64,000 nucleotides of DNA, from contig OZ024740.1 in assembly GCA_964016885.1 (NCBI GenBank), forward strand, positions 347,324,001-347,388,000. Reading direction: 5' to 3'. Positions 11,256-24,191 of this stretch are shown piece by piece (within the stretch, counting starts at the first letter, position 1; every line of letters starts with the position of its first letter). The position numbers and the translations under genes were made by a program. Source of the DNA: Eledone cirrhosa (taxonomy: Eukaryota). Under the pieces are notes generated by a model. It did not search any database. It was given only the letters and a program-made list of their open reading frames with translations, and was not told where the DNA came from.

Positions 11256-12085
11256 CACATTTTGAATTTGAAGATGAGTAAACATGCCAGAAAATACGAA
11301 TTTCCCATCAAATGCCTGAGGCATCAACTATATCCTAAAAACAATTAAAGGTGTTTATTATTCCTTCCATTTCAAAGGTAATTTATATTTTCTGGCATGC
11401 TTACATGATTACATATTGAATATAAAGTGCAAAAGTTTATAAAGCATAATTTCGTTACTGGACATGTTATTATCTAATGTTCTTTTGAAAATAAATTATG
11501 TAATTTGAGTCCCCAAATCAGCTGGCTCTTGCTGTCAGGTCTCCTATCCAAGGTTACGCGTTTAGAAACACCAGTTAGAAACATGGTTCGCAAACTTACT
11601 TCCATAAATCAAAATTACTATAGAAACAACGAGCGAATCTAATCATTCATTAACAAAGCAGAGAAAATATCGTGCATCTACTGATACATCTATAATTGTA
11701 GCATGCCAGAACCAAACTGACACACGTTTCTTGGCAAGCCAGATCTTCAATGCCACAACAAGGGAATCTTCGTATTCTGTTCCAAAGCATACAGTTGAGG
11801 ATGGTGACATGAAAGAAGTCCGCTTACTACATAGGCATCTTAGGCATCAGTGAGACACTGATATTTCGGATATTTTTCAGTTTTAACAAACCTTCTTATG
11901 AATTTAATGATATCTACAGCTTAAATTAGTTATATTTTTTAGTGACTTATCATTGAAATATGTTTTTTTTTTCTATTCTGAAGACGGTGTAAAGCTTTGT
12001 GGGTTTGCCGGGTTTTAACGGACAAAGTAAATTTGCCGATTATTTTTGACTGGAAAACTCACGATGCTTTGCACCATATATACAT

Positions 12086-12153
<68 letters not shown>

Positions 12154-12413
12154 TGAGTTGACGGACGAGAGAGAAAAAGTATTCAATACTGAAGCAGAGT
12201 TTAAATATTCATTTAGTATTGCTAAGTAATGAGTCTTGTTAATCTGAAATTTCACCTGCGTTCTCACATGATCATCAGATAAGACAAGTATTGTCTGGTG
12301 ATTCTGCGAGTGCGCAAGAGAAACAATAGTATAACTAACAAGATTTACTACTTAGCCGTAACAAATGAATACACACACACACACACACATATATACATAT
12401 ATATATATCTATA

Positions 12414-12524
<111 letters not shown>

Positions 12525-12698
12525 GGGGAAGAGGAAGAAGAGATGTATATTCTATTTTCGGAAATATATTTAAGGGTCTTTTTTTTTTTTTTTTTTGATT
12601 CGTCAAAGTGACATTATTGAAAAGATGACATTACTGAAAAAATGAGAGGGACAATTCTTTTATAAAAATGTTTTTTACGGTATATAAAGTATATAAAG

Positions 12699-12743
12699 TA
12701 TGACCGGTTTCGATGTATTAGTAAAATTCATCCTATCAAATGT
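12699..12743 (-). ncRNA. degenerate hammerhead-like motif
   Basis: TTGATAG gatg...catc GAAA ccgg TC; stem I only 2 bp and core position 9 altered. Confidence 0.35.
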
Positions 12744-15621
12744 TGAGCATTACAATTAAAGAGAATTAATAAGAGTTAAAAACTAAAAATTAAAGATTTA
12801 AAATTAAGTGTTGTTGTCAATTCTTTTTTCATTTCCTTGTTGAGAAGAAAACTGGAAACTGAACTCGTGTGTATATATAGAGAAAGGTGTAGTCATGATA
12901 GTAGCAGCAAAAGTGGTGGTAGGTGTTTTTTTTTCACATAGAATAACATTTTAGGGACAGAGGAGGAGCGATTGAGATGGTTGCATTTGTGAAAGATTCT
13001 ATGCATATACATACATGTGATTATAAATCATTGCAAGTTATAAGGAAAACATGTAATTGTGTTTCCACAACGACGTCATATCGAGTAACGTAGAATGTTT
13101 TTATACAATTACTCAAGGTTGTTAGCTGTTCTTCTAAGAAGAACTCATGAAGAAACTGTTCATATTTTGACACCTGTTTCTACTTCTAGGTTCCACGCAG
13201 TGACACATTAACATTTATGTCTATGCGTGATAATTCTAACATTATATAGAATATATGGTGAATCTGTAAATTGCGTAATTTTCTTAAGAATCAATAATGT
13301 TATCCTTCATGATATATCTCAACTGATTTGGCAAATATGGTCATCGCAACCATTGACCAGCACCTGCTACTCTAAGCAACATTCTTAATACTGAACCGTA
13401 TATAATATTCAGGTCGAAAGATGTGCAAGCGTACATACTCACACACACATATATACATATCTGTGTGTTTGTGTGTGTTTAATGAATAGTTGAGGAATTT
13501 TATCTTCAACAGTACCATCATTTTGGGTGCAATTAAGAATGAGGCTTACAGTCGCAGTAGTGTTGTTTATTTGTGACCAGATGAGTTGTGAAAGCAAAGG
13601 TAGTTGCAATTTATCACCAAGGATACGAGTATTGATTCTGAAGTAAACGCCACATTCCGAAATTCCATTATAAACGGTGTATATACAAACAATATCTATA
13701 CAAAGTATCGCTTTCAAGCAATTATACTTTAAGCAAGTTAGTAAAGATAGCTGAAATATTTAAATATTTATGAATATCTACTTGTTAGAGATATTGAGAG
13801 GGAATCGCGAATAAGGATATTTCAATTTAGTTAAAACACCAATAGCATTAATACAAGATAATAGAAGAAAAGGAAATTAAATGAAACATAAAGGTGTAAA
13901 ATATACTTGGCCATCTGCTGTGATATTTCGTAGTGAGTGTATTTTGTTACTTGAAAAGAGAATGTAGTGATTAGTAAATAGGGATTTCATATACATTAAA
14001 TCCCATATCCATAGAGCAGAACGTATATATACGATTGATCTAATTTTAGTGCTGAAGCTTATAGGTGTCAAACGAAGTTATGCAACGACATGAGCACTCT
14101 CTGGGAGTCATTCAGATTTACATTAGAATTAATAATAGGATTTTCCCTGAATTTAGCACAAGTAGTGAATAATAGTAAATGATGTTCAATTTTATTCAGT
14201 CTAATCAAGGATTATGTAGGTGTTGTTTTATTTGTTTTCATTTTATCCCATTTCAGCCAAGTCCAAGCCATGACTAACTCGTCATATGACATGTGGTTGT
14301 TATATCTAGCAGATTGCGTGACCATTTGTAAGTTCTTTCGTGGGTTCATAAATGGTTAAATGAACATGTTACTCTGTTCCATATTAATCCCCACTGAGAA
14401 GATCTATCGTAAAAGTCCATCCAGCCCACCATTTTCTTGAACATTGCGTAACTATGGATACATTATCCATTGTGCAATCCTTTTTTTTTTTTTTCATAAA
14501 CAGAGTGAGGCGACTCCAATATCTACTAGTTCAAGCTACCACGAAGTGGAAACCTAATTGGCTTTAAATTATTAACATTATGATTATAGTCCTTCCCTCC
14601 TGCCGTTTTCTTGAACATTATGTAATTATGATTGTATTATACAATGTGTCAATCAAATAGAAAAATTGTTAATATACATTTCTAAATGGAGTATGTACAG
14701 AATGATTTTGATATGGAAGTTTTACTCGTTTTAGTGTTTAGTCATGGTAGATGGGAAGGCGGAGGGTATCCTGAAGTCGTAAATGCTAGCCGAATGTTTG
14801 CCAGTAAAATAAATAAAGGCGTGATGTTAAACATGGCAAATGGATTGAATATTTTCTTTTACATAGAGAAAACAAATAATTTTCTCTAAAAAGTGGGACA
14901 TAATATATTTTACACGTTTTCTGAAAGCACCAAATAATATTTTTCCATTAGAGAATCTTTCATTATATGTGGCTGTTTTACAAATTGTTTTCTATTCCAT
15001 TGATATGTGTTAGCACACTCTGCAGAACACAATTCATATGAATAGCAATCACGTCAGTGAACACTCTACCTACTGAAAACAACAAACAATACACCCTCAC
15101 ATAACATCCCAGCAAAGTAAAAAGTGAAACCACATTGGATAAAGTAGTTACAAATGAAATAAACACCTGAAAAAAACTTTTATTTTATATTGTTCCAGTT
15201 GACGCAAAAAAATACATAATGAATAAGAGCAGTTAGGTGATGTGTTAACCCTGCGATGGACAGGTATCTTATACGGGAATCAGTTTCTTGAAATTTCAGT
15301 CGCTTAATTAAATAAATATTCTTTAATTTAAACATGTTTCCTCCGAGTATGAAGAAAGGACACCCTAAAATATTATCAACGTCTAGATCTAGGAACAAGT
15401 TATTCTTGGTAATTTCAATAGCAGAGATCAAAACAAGTACCTGCTTCCTATGCAAAGATCATTGATTAAGAACACATTTGTAATTCCTCTCCGTACAACA
15501 CGCAGGTCCTGGCTCATGAATTTCAAGACCGAGTTTCTATTGATTCAGTCACCATTAAATCACATAAAACTAATTTTACAAATAGATGTATGTGTGTGTC
15601 GGTGGGGGGGGGGGGAGTTCT

Positions 15622-15821
15622 NNNNNNNNNNNNNNNNNNNNNNNNNNNNNNNNNNNNNNNNNNNNNNNNNNNNNNNNNNNNNNNNNNNNNNNNNNNNNNN
15701 NNNNNNNNNNNNNNNNNNNNNNNNNNNNNNNNNNNNNNNNNNNNNNNNNNNNNNNNNNNNNNNNNNNNNNNNNNNNNNNNNNNNNNNNNNNNNNNNNNNN
15801 NNNNNNNNNNNNNNNNNNNNN
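15622..15821. other. assembly gap (200 N)
   Basis: run of N. Confidence 1.
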
Positions 15822-15884
15822 TATATATATATACAGAGAGACCGAGAGAGAGGGAGAGAGTGAGAGAGAGAGAGAGAGGAGGAA

Positions 15885-15957
<73 letters not shown>

Positions 15958-16072
15958 AAGAGAGAGAGAGGAGAGAGATATGTTTATTTTATTTTCTGCA
16001 AATTTGTGCGTCACTGTTTCGATTTCTTTCATAGTTGTAGTATTGTCTACATTTCGTTTCCTTTAATATATA

Positions 16073-16986
16073 CTAGCAGTAAAGCCCGGCGTTGCTCGGG
16101 GTCGCTCAGTAGCTGTGTTAAAGTTACAATGTTAAGTTTCTTTCTTGGCTTAAAAACTGTAGTGTCTACTGTGCAGACTTGCATGTGGTGTTTTTGATTA
16201 ATATTCCCTCAACCAACAATATGCCTTATGAAGTTAAGAAAACATAACGATAACCCGAATGTTATAACAAAAGAGGATGCTGGGGATAGAAACTGCACTG
16301 GTTATTTATTAACAAAGAACGAAAATGTAAACACTGCAACGCAGAGAAAAACATTAGCGTAACCAAATTATCAGTTATTATGTCTGTCTGCACGCCTATA
16401 TCACCTCTCTGCACGACTGTCTGTCTGCACGCCTATATCACCTCTCTGCACGACTGTCTGTCTGCACGCGTATATCACCTCTCTGCACGACTGTCTGTCT
16501 GCACGACTGTCTGTCTGCACGCCTAACGACGAAATATTTGCTTGTTTTACGTAGTCTTTAAATAGACTTGTTTTCAAGTAAAAATATTGTTTTAAAATGC
16601 TTTTAAATGGAAATGAAGCAAAACGGAAGCTTAGTGTTCGAACTGATGAATTTTGCAGGTCAATATTTTGCTGCCTCGACAACTCTTCGTGTATTGTGTT
16701 AATGTCATTTTAAACGCTGAGAAAGCCAGCGTAATTTTTTACGTAAGACGCTCAATGTAAACAGAACAAAGGGAAATAACTGATAACTTACGCTCAAAAA
16801 TCGATACATTATATTCGATTTCGTCACATAATGTGGGTCAATTTGAAATATTTTTTTTCCGATGTCTTCGCTAGGGCTCAATGTACAAGTATAGCAATTT
16901 TGGTGCAATTCCGTCAGAGATTCTAAGAGGAGATGTGTGCCAAAAATCGATAGACAGACAGACAACCACAGTTTTATATATATAGA
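16073..16986 (-). mobile_element. non-autonomous Helitron with internal CTGT-rich minisatellite
   Basis: minus strand begins TC(TATATATATAAAA) and ends with hairpin CCCGAGC-AAC-GCCGGG, 8 nt, then CTAG; inserted between A and T; about 37-bp tandem units at 16381-16525. Confidence 0.8.
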
Positions 16987-17075
16987 TTAATATACATTTG
17001 CACACGATCACACACGTGCACTTGCAAGCGCACGTTGAGAAATACTTAAGTTGTAGTATATAATATGTGTACACT

Positions 17076-17153
<78 letters not shown>

Positions 17154-17400
17154 GTAATAATAATAAATTTGAAGACTAAAATCCAAAGAGGGCTCGATAA
17201 GGATAAATATATATCAAATATATAAGAACCGTAGAATAAATATTTATTAAAATAACAGATTAAAGTTTAAGCAAAGAATCGCTGCTTTCACCCTTAACGG
17301 GATCTTCTGAAACTAGTTTCAGAATTAGTTTCAGAAGATCCCGTTAAGGGTGAAAGCAGTGATTCTTTGCTTAAACTTTAATCTGTTATTTTAATAAATA
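17154..17400 (-). mobile_element. fold-back element family D with two head-to-head HHR-like motifs
   Basis: arms about 17241-17314 and 17327-17400, extra tail 17154-17240, (TA)n flanks; family also at 49933 and 57465. Confidence 0.85.
17327..17377 (+). ncRNA. hammerhead-like motif with variant core CAGAAGA (mirror copy 17264-17314 on minus)
   Basis: agttt CAGAAGA t-ccc-gttaa-ggg-t GAAA gca-gtgattctt-tgc TT aaact. Confidence 0.65.
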
Positions 17401-17409
17401 TATATATAT

Positions 17410-17443
<34 letters not shown>

Positions 17444-17625
17444 ATATATATATATATGTACAATTTCGATCACCCGCAGAAACACATAGACACAGACAAG
17501 GATACACAAAGACACAAGACACAGACACAGGCACACACATATATATAAATATTTATACACACACAAATATATATATGTATATATATAGAAATTACATGAA
17601 TCAAAGTTCAGTTTAAATCATTTAT

Positions 17626-17674
17626 TTGCTTACAATTGTTTCCTCCAAACCGAGGTTTGTATTCTTCGGAGCAA
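17626..17674 (-). ncRNA. type I hammerhead with variant core CCGAAGA (family E, element about 17586-17900)
   Basis: ttgct CCGAAGA ata-caaacc-tc-ggtttg-gag GAAA caattg TA agcaa; short inverted arms 17586-17618 and 17782-17815. Confidence 0.65.
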
Positions 17675-17975
17675 CTATTTAGTGATTTTTTACATACTTG
17701 ACCTCCTTTTCAACACAAGAGACATATAAAAACATATGTATATATTGACCCAATATATAGATATATAGATATATAGATATATTTAAACTGAACTTTGATT
17801 CATGTAATTTCTATATAACTGCTCTGTAAAACAACTGATGTTATTACATTGAGCTATTTATCTTACTGGTAATAAGATAGTAATAAATTACTGTCTTTCA
17901 CTATTTAGAGTTTAAAATATATATAACTATAAAAGGTTTTATTATATACATAACCATAAATAGTATCCTTAATAC

Positions 17976-18095
<120 letters not shown>

Positions 18096-18096
18096 C

Positions 18097-18150
<54 letters not shown>

Positions 18151-18391
18151 CGGCGATGAAAGAGTTTGGCGAGGTTTTTGATATGAAATCGTGTGTCGAA
18201 ACAAATATTGTTATACTTGGTGAGGGCCATATATGTGTAATAATATTGCCAGAATTAATAACAGAACACACTCACTGTTTGGTTGGTTTTCGCTTCTGTG
18301 TTTTTTATATCGGTTAATTTAATTTATTCGGTCCTCAATGTTACCATCAAAAATACAGATACAATATAGACACAAACATATATATATAGTC

Positions 18392-18437
18392 TAACAAAGT
18401 TCTTTCGTTGCACTACTGCAACATCGTCAGTGGTGCT
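18392..18437 (-). ncRNA. type I hammerhead (family B; mirror copy 19272-19317 on plus)
   Basis: CTGACGA t gttgca-gtag-tgcaac GAAA gaac TT tgtta. Confidence 0.65.
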
Positions 18438-18724
18438 ATTATGTTTCCTCCCATTGTATTGTATGCCTACGCCATCTTTATTTAGTCTGTTTATTTATTT
18501 ATTTATTTATTTGTTTATTTCTTTTTGTCTTCTCTGCGCATGCGTTTGCGTGTGTGTATAGTGTTTTGTTTGATGTGTGTTCGTGTTTGGGTGACTGTGT
18601 ATTGGTTATTGTATTCTATCTTAGTTTACTAGTATGTTTATATGTGTTTGTTATTATTGTGCTTGTGTATGTATTTATTTATTTATTTATACTTCTCTTA
18701 GGTCAGTGTTGTTTGTTTGGATGT

Positions 18725-19045
18725 TGTTGTTATTCCATTCATTTTTTCTGTTTAGCCTTGGCCTTCTAAGCTCTATTTCGCTGGCCTCTCTGATTTGGCT
18801 ATCTGCTGGATCATTTCTATGTTTAGATATTATTCTAATTTCTATGTTGTCTATGTTACCGTCGTGTTGTGGTCTGGTATGTTCGTATAGTACTGAACCG
18901 TTTTTTCGTCCTGTTAGTTCCCCCCCCCCCAGTGTTGGTCTATCCTTTCACCTATGCTACGAGCGCTGTCGCCTATGTTTGTTGTTGTCATGTTTCTGCA
19001 AGTACCCTCTGTACATCTTATGCTATAGACTACGTTTCTAGTTTT
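18725..19045 (-). pseudogene. GIY-YIG endonuclease remnant of PLE family B
   Basis: manual translation: RNVVYSIRC...NIGDSARSIGERIDQHW / GSVLYEH...QIREASEIELRRPRLNRKNEW, with a frameshift in the poly-G run. Confidence 0.75.
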
Positions 19046-19814
19046 ACAGTTTATCCAGGGGTTTACTTTACATATAATACATTTCCTATTAGTACAGTGG
19101 GTTTTCTTAAAAGGGTAGGTTCACCCAAACACGAACACACATCAAACAAAACACTATACACACACGCAAACGCAAGCGTAGAGAAGACAAAAATATAAAT
19201 AAATAAACAAATAAATAAATAGACTAAATAAAGATGGCGTAGGCATACAATACAACGGGAGGAAACATAATAGAACCACTGACGATGTTGCAGATGTGCA
19301 ACGAAAGAACTTTGTTAGACTATATATATGTGTTTGTGTCTATATTGTATCTGTATTTTTTACCTATGGTCAGTCAATGGTAACATTGAGGACCGAATAA
19401 ATTAAATTAACCGATATAAAATACACAGAAGCGAAAGCCAACCTAACGGTGAGTGTGTTCTGTTATTAATTCTGGCAATATTATTACACAAATATGACCC
19501 TCCCCAAGTATAACAATATGTGCAACGAAAGATTTATGATAAGCTATATATATGTGTTTGTGTCCATATTGTATGTGTATTATTTTTGACCGTCGGTCAG
19601 TCAATGGCAACATTGAGGACCGAGTAAATTAGGTTACCGATATAAAAGACACAGAAGCGAAAAGCGAAAACCAACCAAACAGTGAGTGTGTTCTGTTATT
19701 AATTCTGGCAATATTACACAAATATGACCCTCCACAAGTATAACAATATTTGTTTCGACACACGATTTCATATAAAAAACCTCGCAAAACTATATATATA
19801 TATATATGTATATA

Positions 19815-19934
<120 letters not shown>

Positions 19935-20066
19935 GTTGTGTATAATGGTATCTATGGTGCTTCCATAGGCGGTATGCCCAAATTAGCACTCAATATTCAG
20001 CAGAGTAGAGTGTAGATAGTATAAAGAAAACGAAAAATTAGTGATGCATCTGGACTCAATTTATTG

Positions 20067-20157
20067 CGTGTTACAATTGTTTTGCCGGCAGTTTGCTCGT
20101 GACATGGTCCCTGTATGGATCTGGCTGATTCTACGGCTGCAGGTTCCTTCAGACACG
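20067..20157 (-). ncRNA. degenerate hammerhead with long stem II
   Basis: cgtgt CTGAAGG ... AAAA caattg TA acacg; 5-bp stem I intact, core positions mutated. Confidence 0.4.
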
Positions 20158-20664
20158 GGTAGTTCCTTCGGAGCAAATTTTATCACTGGGGTATTATCAT
20201 AAAAAAACACCCTCAAAAAAACTCCTTCCATTCTTGTCATGCCATTGGCTGTTTTTACTCCACGTCATCTTAAGTTCTGGTCAGTATTTACTGCTACACG
20301 GGTCATCAGCCATTTCCGTCCGACACACTTCAATGGAGTCATGCTGGGTTCAGTATCTCACACGTCTGTCCACACTCCAGAGTAAGCACCCACACATACG
20401 AATATACACACACACACGCACACACAGGCATACACAGACACCTGCAGTTGTGAGATTGACATTTGCCAGTGTGTACAATATCACAAAGGGTGTTGTTATA
20501 CAGTAACCACCATAGTGTTTTAAACTATAGGTGTCCAGGGAGAAGAACTTTTTGTTGTGTTTTTTTTTTCTTTCTTTTTTATTTATGTTATTTTTTGTAT
20601 CCTTTTTTTAAACTTTAGGTAAAGTGCTACTTTTTTTCTTCTTTTTTTCTGATTTTCTTTTTTT

Positions 20665-20698
<34 letters not shown>

Positions 20699-20816
20699 GG
20701 AATGAAAAATGGCGTGCTGTGTTGTTGCAAATGTGATATACCAATTAAAATGAACAATTAGAAATAGAAGCCAGGACTATCCATCATCAGTGGTCTACTA
20801 GCCATCATATATATAT

Positions 20817-21263
20817 ACAATGATATTAAATAAATGGAAACTATATTTATAAAACCATATTTATTCTATTATATATATTTCAAGGATACCAAAAACTTTG
20901 GTACGCTTTCAGATAAAATACAAAGTGTGTTTTATAAATGTTGACATAGCCAAGGAACATACCTTATCAGTTGAATGTTCCTTGAATTTTCCTTGACTAT
21001 CCAAGGAAAATTCAAATGATAAGGTATGTTCCTTGGCTATGTCAAAATTTATAAAACACACTTTGTATTTTATCTGATGAAAGCGTACCAAAGTTTTTTG
21101 GTACCCTTGAAATATATATAATAGAATAAATATGGTTTTATAAATATAGATTCCATTTATTTAATATCATTGAATATTTACTCCAGAAAATCTGTCGAGT
21201 GCTCTGAATCAGTTATAAACATTTATATTTGTTGAATTTCCAACAAATTAAATATCCCTTCTG

Positions 21264-21267
<4 letters not shown>
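20817..21267 (+). mobile_element. fold-back element family G, copy 1
   Basis: arms about 20818-20992 and 21001-21172, 3' tail to 21267; homologous to 48130-48585 and to the 3' end of the PLE at 53842. Confidence 0.85.
21068..21126 (+). ncRNA. type I hammerhead (family G)
   Basis: tttat CTGATGA aagcgtacca...tggtaccctt GAAA tatata TA atagaa. Confidence 0.75.
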
Positions 21268-21326
<59 letters not shown>

Positions 21327-21766
21327 GTGTGTATAAATATCTATATATATGTGTATGCCTGTGTCTGTGTATGTGTCTGTGTGTCCTTGTCTGTGTCTAT
21401 GTGTTTATGCGGGTGACCCAAATTTTAGAATATGCTAGCGAAAAGGCAGATTGCCATAAATATTAGTTGCTATCGTTAAATAATATTTGAATTAGTCAGG
21501 TAAAATACCTTTAGAGACAGAAAGACGTTTACAGAGACGCCTGCGGGAATAAAAATTGCATTTCACGTGCACTAGAGGGAGACACGCATTTTGACTCCCA
21601 CGGGCGTCTTCATTGTAATTTTTCCTCTCCAAGAGTATTTAAAACCAGCTTATTTAACTATAGTTTATAATTATCAGATATTTTACATCTGTATCTGCAT
21701 TATAGCTAACATATTTTTTTCAGATACAAATTTATGTATGAATATACATGGTATATATATATATGC

Positions 21767-21844
<78 letters not shown>

Positions 21845-21849
21845 CGTCT

Positions 21850-22136
21850 GTGTGTGTGTTAAAAGAAAAGCAAAGAAAAGCAAAGAATAAAGAGTGATCT
21901 ATGTATAAAACAGCTATTTAATTAGAAAGTAAACAACACAACATATAACTATTCCATTACGAAAGGTTTCAGTACCCTAGATAATATTCACATACGTCTT
22001 GTTCGCTCTATCTGATGACATCACTTTCTAATTATATATATATATATATAATTAGATTATTCCATTACCAAAGGTTTCAGTACCCTAGATAATATTAACA
22101 TACGTCTAGTTCGCACTATCTGATGACATCACTATC

Positions 22137-22195
<59 letters not shown>

Positions 22196-22454
22196 TGAGA
22201 GAAGGGGGGGGGGGGGGGGGGGGGGGGTTGCGAAGTTGTAGATGTTGGAGCCTTTATTAATTGACCCGTTATATTTATTTCCATGACGATAGGTACAGTG
22301 ATTTCTTCAGACAGAAAAATTGAGTACATATATATATATATATATATACTCAATTTTTCTGTCTGAAGAAATCACTGTACCTATCGTCATGGAAATAAAT
22401 ATAACGGGTCAATTAATAAAGGCTCCAACATCTACAACTTCGCAACCCCCCCCC

Positions 22455-22528
<74 letters not shown>

Positions 22529-22817
22529 GATAGTGATGTCATCAGATAGTGCGAACTAGACGTATGTTAATATTATCTAGGGTACTGAAACCTTTGGTAA
22601 TGGAATAATCTAATTATATATATATATATATATAATTAGAAAGTGATGTCATCAGATAGAGCGAACAAGACGTATGTGAATATTATCTAGGGTACTGAAA
22701 CCTTTGGTAATGGAATAGTTATATGTTGTGTTGTTTACTTTCTAATTAAATAGCTGTTTTATACATAGATCACTCTTTTTTCTTTGCTTTTCTTTGCTTT
22801 TCTTTTAACACACACAT
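21850..22817. repeat. about 970-bp near-perfect palindrome centred on a (TA)n tract
   Basis: both arms carry the same unique segments, an internal ~110-bp tandem duplication, (TA)n, (GA)n and poly-G in mirror order; centre about 22337. Confidence 0.9.
22358..22408 (+). ncRNA. hammerhead-like motif (mirror copy 22265-22315 on minus)
   Basis: tctgt CTGAAGA ... GAAA taaata TA acggg; stem II weak. Confidence 0.5.
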
Positions 22818-22916
22818 ATATATATATATATAAAATATTAAACAAATAATGAATAAACAATTCCTTATATTAAACAAAAAAATTTCATTATTTAACGATC
22901 GTTTCTAGGGTATATA

Positions 22917-24191
22917 GTAAATTTCCTAGATATAACTTTAGATTTAGCTACGGGTATATACCAACCTTACCATAAACCTAACCAAAACTTACATTACATA
23001 CACTCACAATCTAATCACCCTAAATCTATCCTTAAAAACCTTGCATATAATATATCACTTAGAATTTCTAACCTTTCTTCTAACCAAGATGTATTTGATA
23101 AAAATGCGACCTTTTATAATGAAGCTCTAGATAGAAGTGGCCACAAAAATAGATTAGAGTATATACCTTCTACTAAAAATACTGAAAGCATACAGCATAA
23201 TATTACCAACAAACACCAAATGAAAAGTACACACCTAAATGCCACCCACAATATACCCCAAAATACTAAATCTTCTAATATAAAGTATAGTAACCCTCAA
23301 AAAACTACTCATCATACAACTATAATAAATATTAATAATAAAACTCCTAATAAAAAAGTTAAAACACCTAAATCTACAAATATAACTAAAAATAGTTGTG
23401 GTGAGATCATTAACATTAATCCTCCTAGTAAAAATCATGATACAACCTATAAAAATAATAAAAATAATAAACAACATAGAAACCGTAATAGACGAGTTAC
23501 TTGGTATAATGCTCCTTTTAATTTACAAGTTAAGGATAATATTGCTAAAAAATTTTTTTATATCCTTGAGAAAAACTTCCCGCCAAACCACAAATACCAT
23601 CAAATCTTAAATAGGTCTACAGTTAAATTCTCATACTCTACAACAAATAACATAAAACAAAATATAAGTGCATATAATGCATATAAATGTAAGAAAACCA
23701 TAAGTATACCACCAGTACATCAAATTAACAATAATATCTCCTCAAATACAGAATTAACGAAAGGATGTAACTGTAGAAACAAAACAAACTGCCCATTAAA
23801 AGGGAATTGTCTTGTTAACAACATAGTCTATAAATGTAATGTTAAAACTAAAGATTCTATTTGCTCATATATAGGAGCTACCTCTAACAATTTTAAGACA
23901 AGGTTTAATACCCACAAGCATAGTTTTAAAAATGCCGCACTGGCTAATACAACATCTCTAGCAGAAAAAATCAATAGTTATAAAAATAAGAATATAAAAT
24001 ATGATTTGACCTGGAGTGTGCTCAAAAGAGCCACCCCTTATCAAAATAATAGAAAGGAATGTAGATTATGTTCCCAAGAACTATTTGAAATTATGAAGTC
24101 TAAGGATATCTTATTAAATAAACGACAGGAATTAATTATATCGTGTAATCATAAACTAAAAAAAACATTTAAATATTATAAACCTAATTAA
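22917..24191 (+). CDS. PLE polyprotein C-terminal part (RT thumb, linker, GIY-YIG endonuclease), 5'-truncated but uninterrupted
   Basis: VNFLDITLDL..YQPYHKPN..YIHSQSNHP in frame with ORF 23220-24191: WYNAPF, CNCRNKTNCPLKGNCL, IVYKC...YIGAT, FKTRFNTH, CRLC..E, LNKRQE, CNH. Confidence 0.88.
   Translation, partial: VNFLDITLDLATGIYQPYHKPNQNLHYIHSQSNHPKSILKNLAYNISLRISNLSSNQDVFDKNATFYNEALDRSGHKNRLEYIPSTKNTESIQHNITNKHQMKSTHLNATHNIPQNTKSSNIKYSNPQKTTHHTTIININNKTPNKKVKTPKSTNITKNSCGEIININPPSKNHDTTYKNNKNNKQHRNRNRRVTWYNAPFNLQVKDNIAKKFFYILEKNFPPNHKYHQILNRSTVKFSYSTTNNIKQNISAYNAYKCKKTISIPPVHQINNNISSNTELTKGCNCRNKTNCPLKGNCLVNNIVYKCNVKTKDSICSYIGATSNNFKTRFNTHKHSFKNAALANTTSLAEKINSYKNKNIKYDLTWSVLKRATPYQNNRKECRLCSQELFEIMKSKDILLNKRQELIISCNHKLKKTFKYYKPN

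Larger units (their letters stand above)
18148..19790 (-). mobile_element. 5'-truncated PLE, family B, with inverted and tandem pseudo-LTRs
   Basis: arms about 18190-18595 and 19122-19520, partial tandem copy 19520-19790; GIY-YIG remnant between the arms; (TA)n flanks. Confidence 0.85.

Noticed and set aside
15450-16197. Long ORFs spanning the N run
   Set aside because: Artefacts of the assembly gap and adjacent (GA)n.
22012-22130. CTGATGA strings in the left arm of the 970-bp palindrome
   Set aside because: The nearest GAAA-stem III-UA half lies on the opposite strand, so no complete ribozyme can fold.
22917-24191. Selenocysteine (in-frame UGA) recoding, reported for some Naiad PLEs
   Set aside because: This frame has no in-frame TGA; the conserved Cys positions use ordinary Cys codons.
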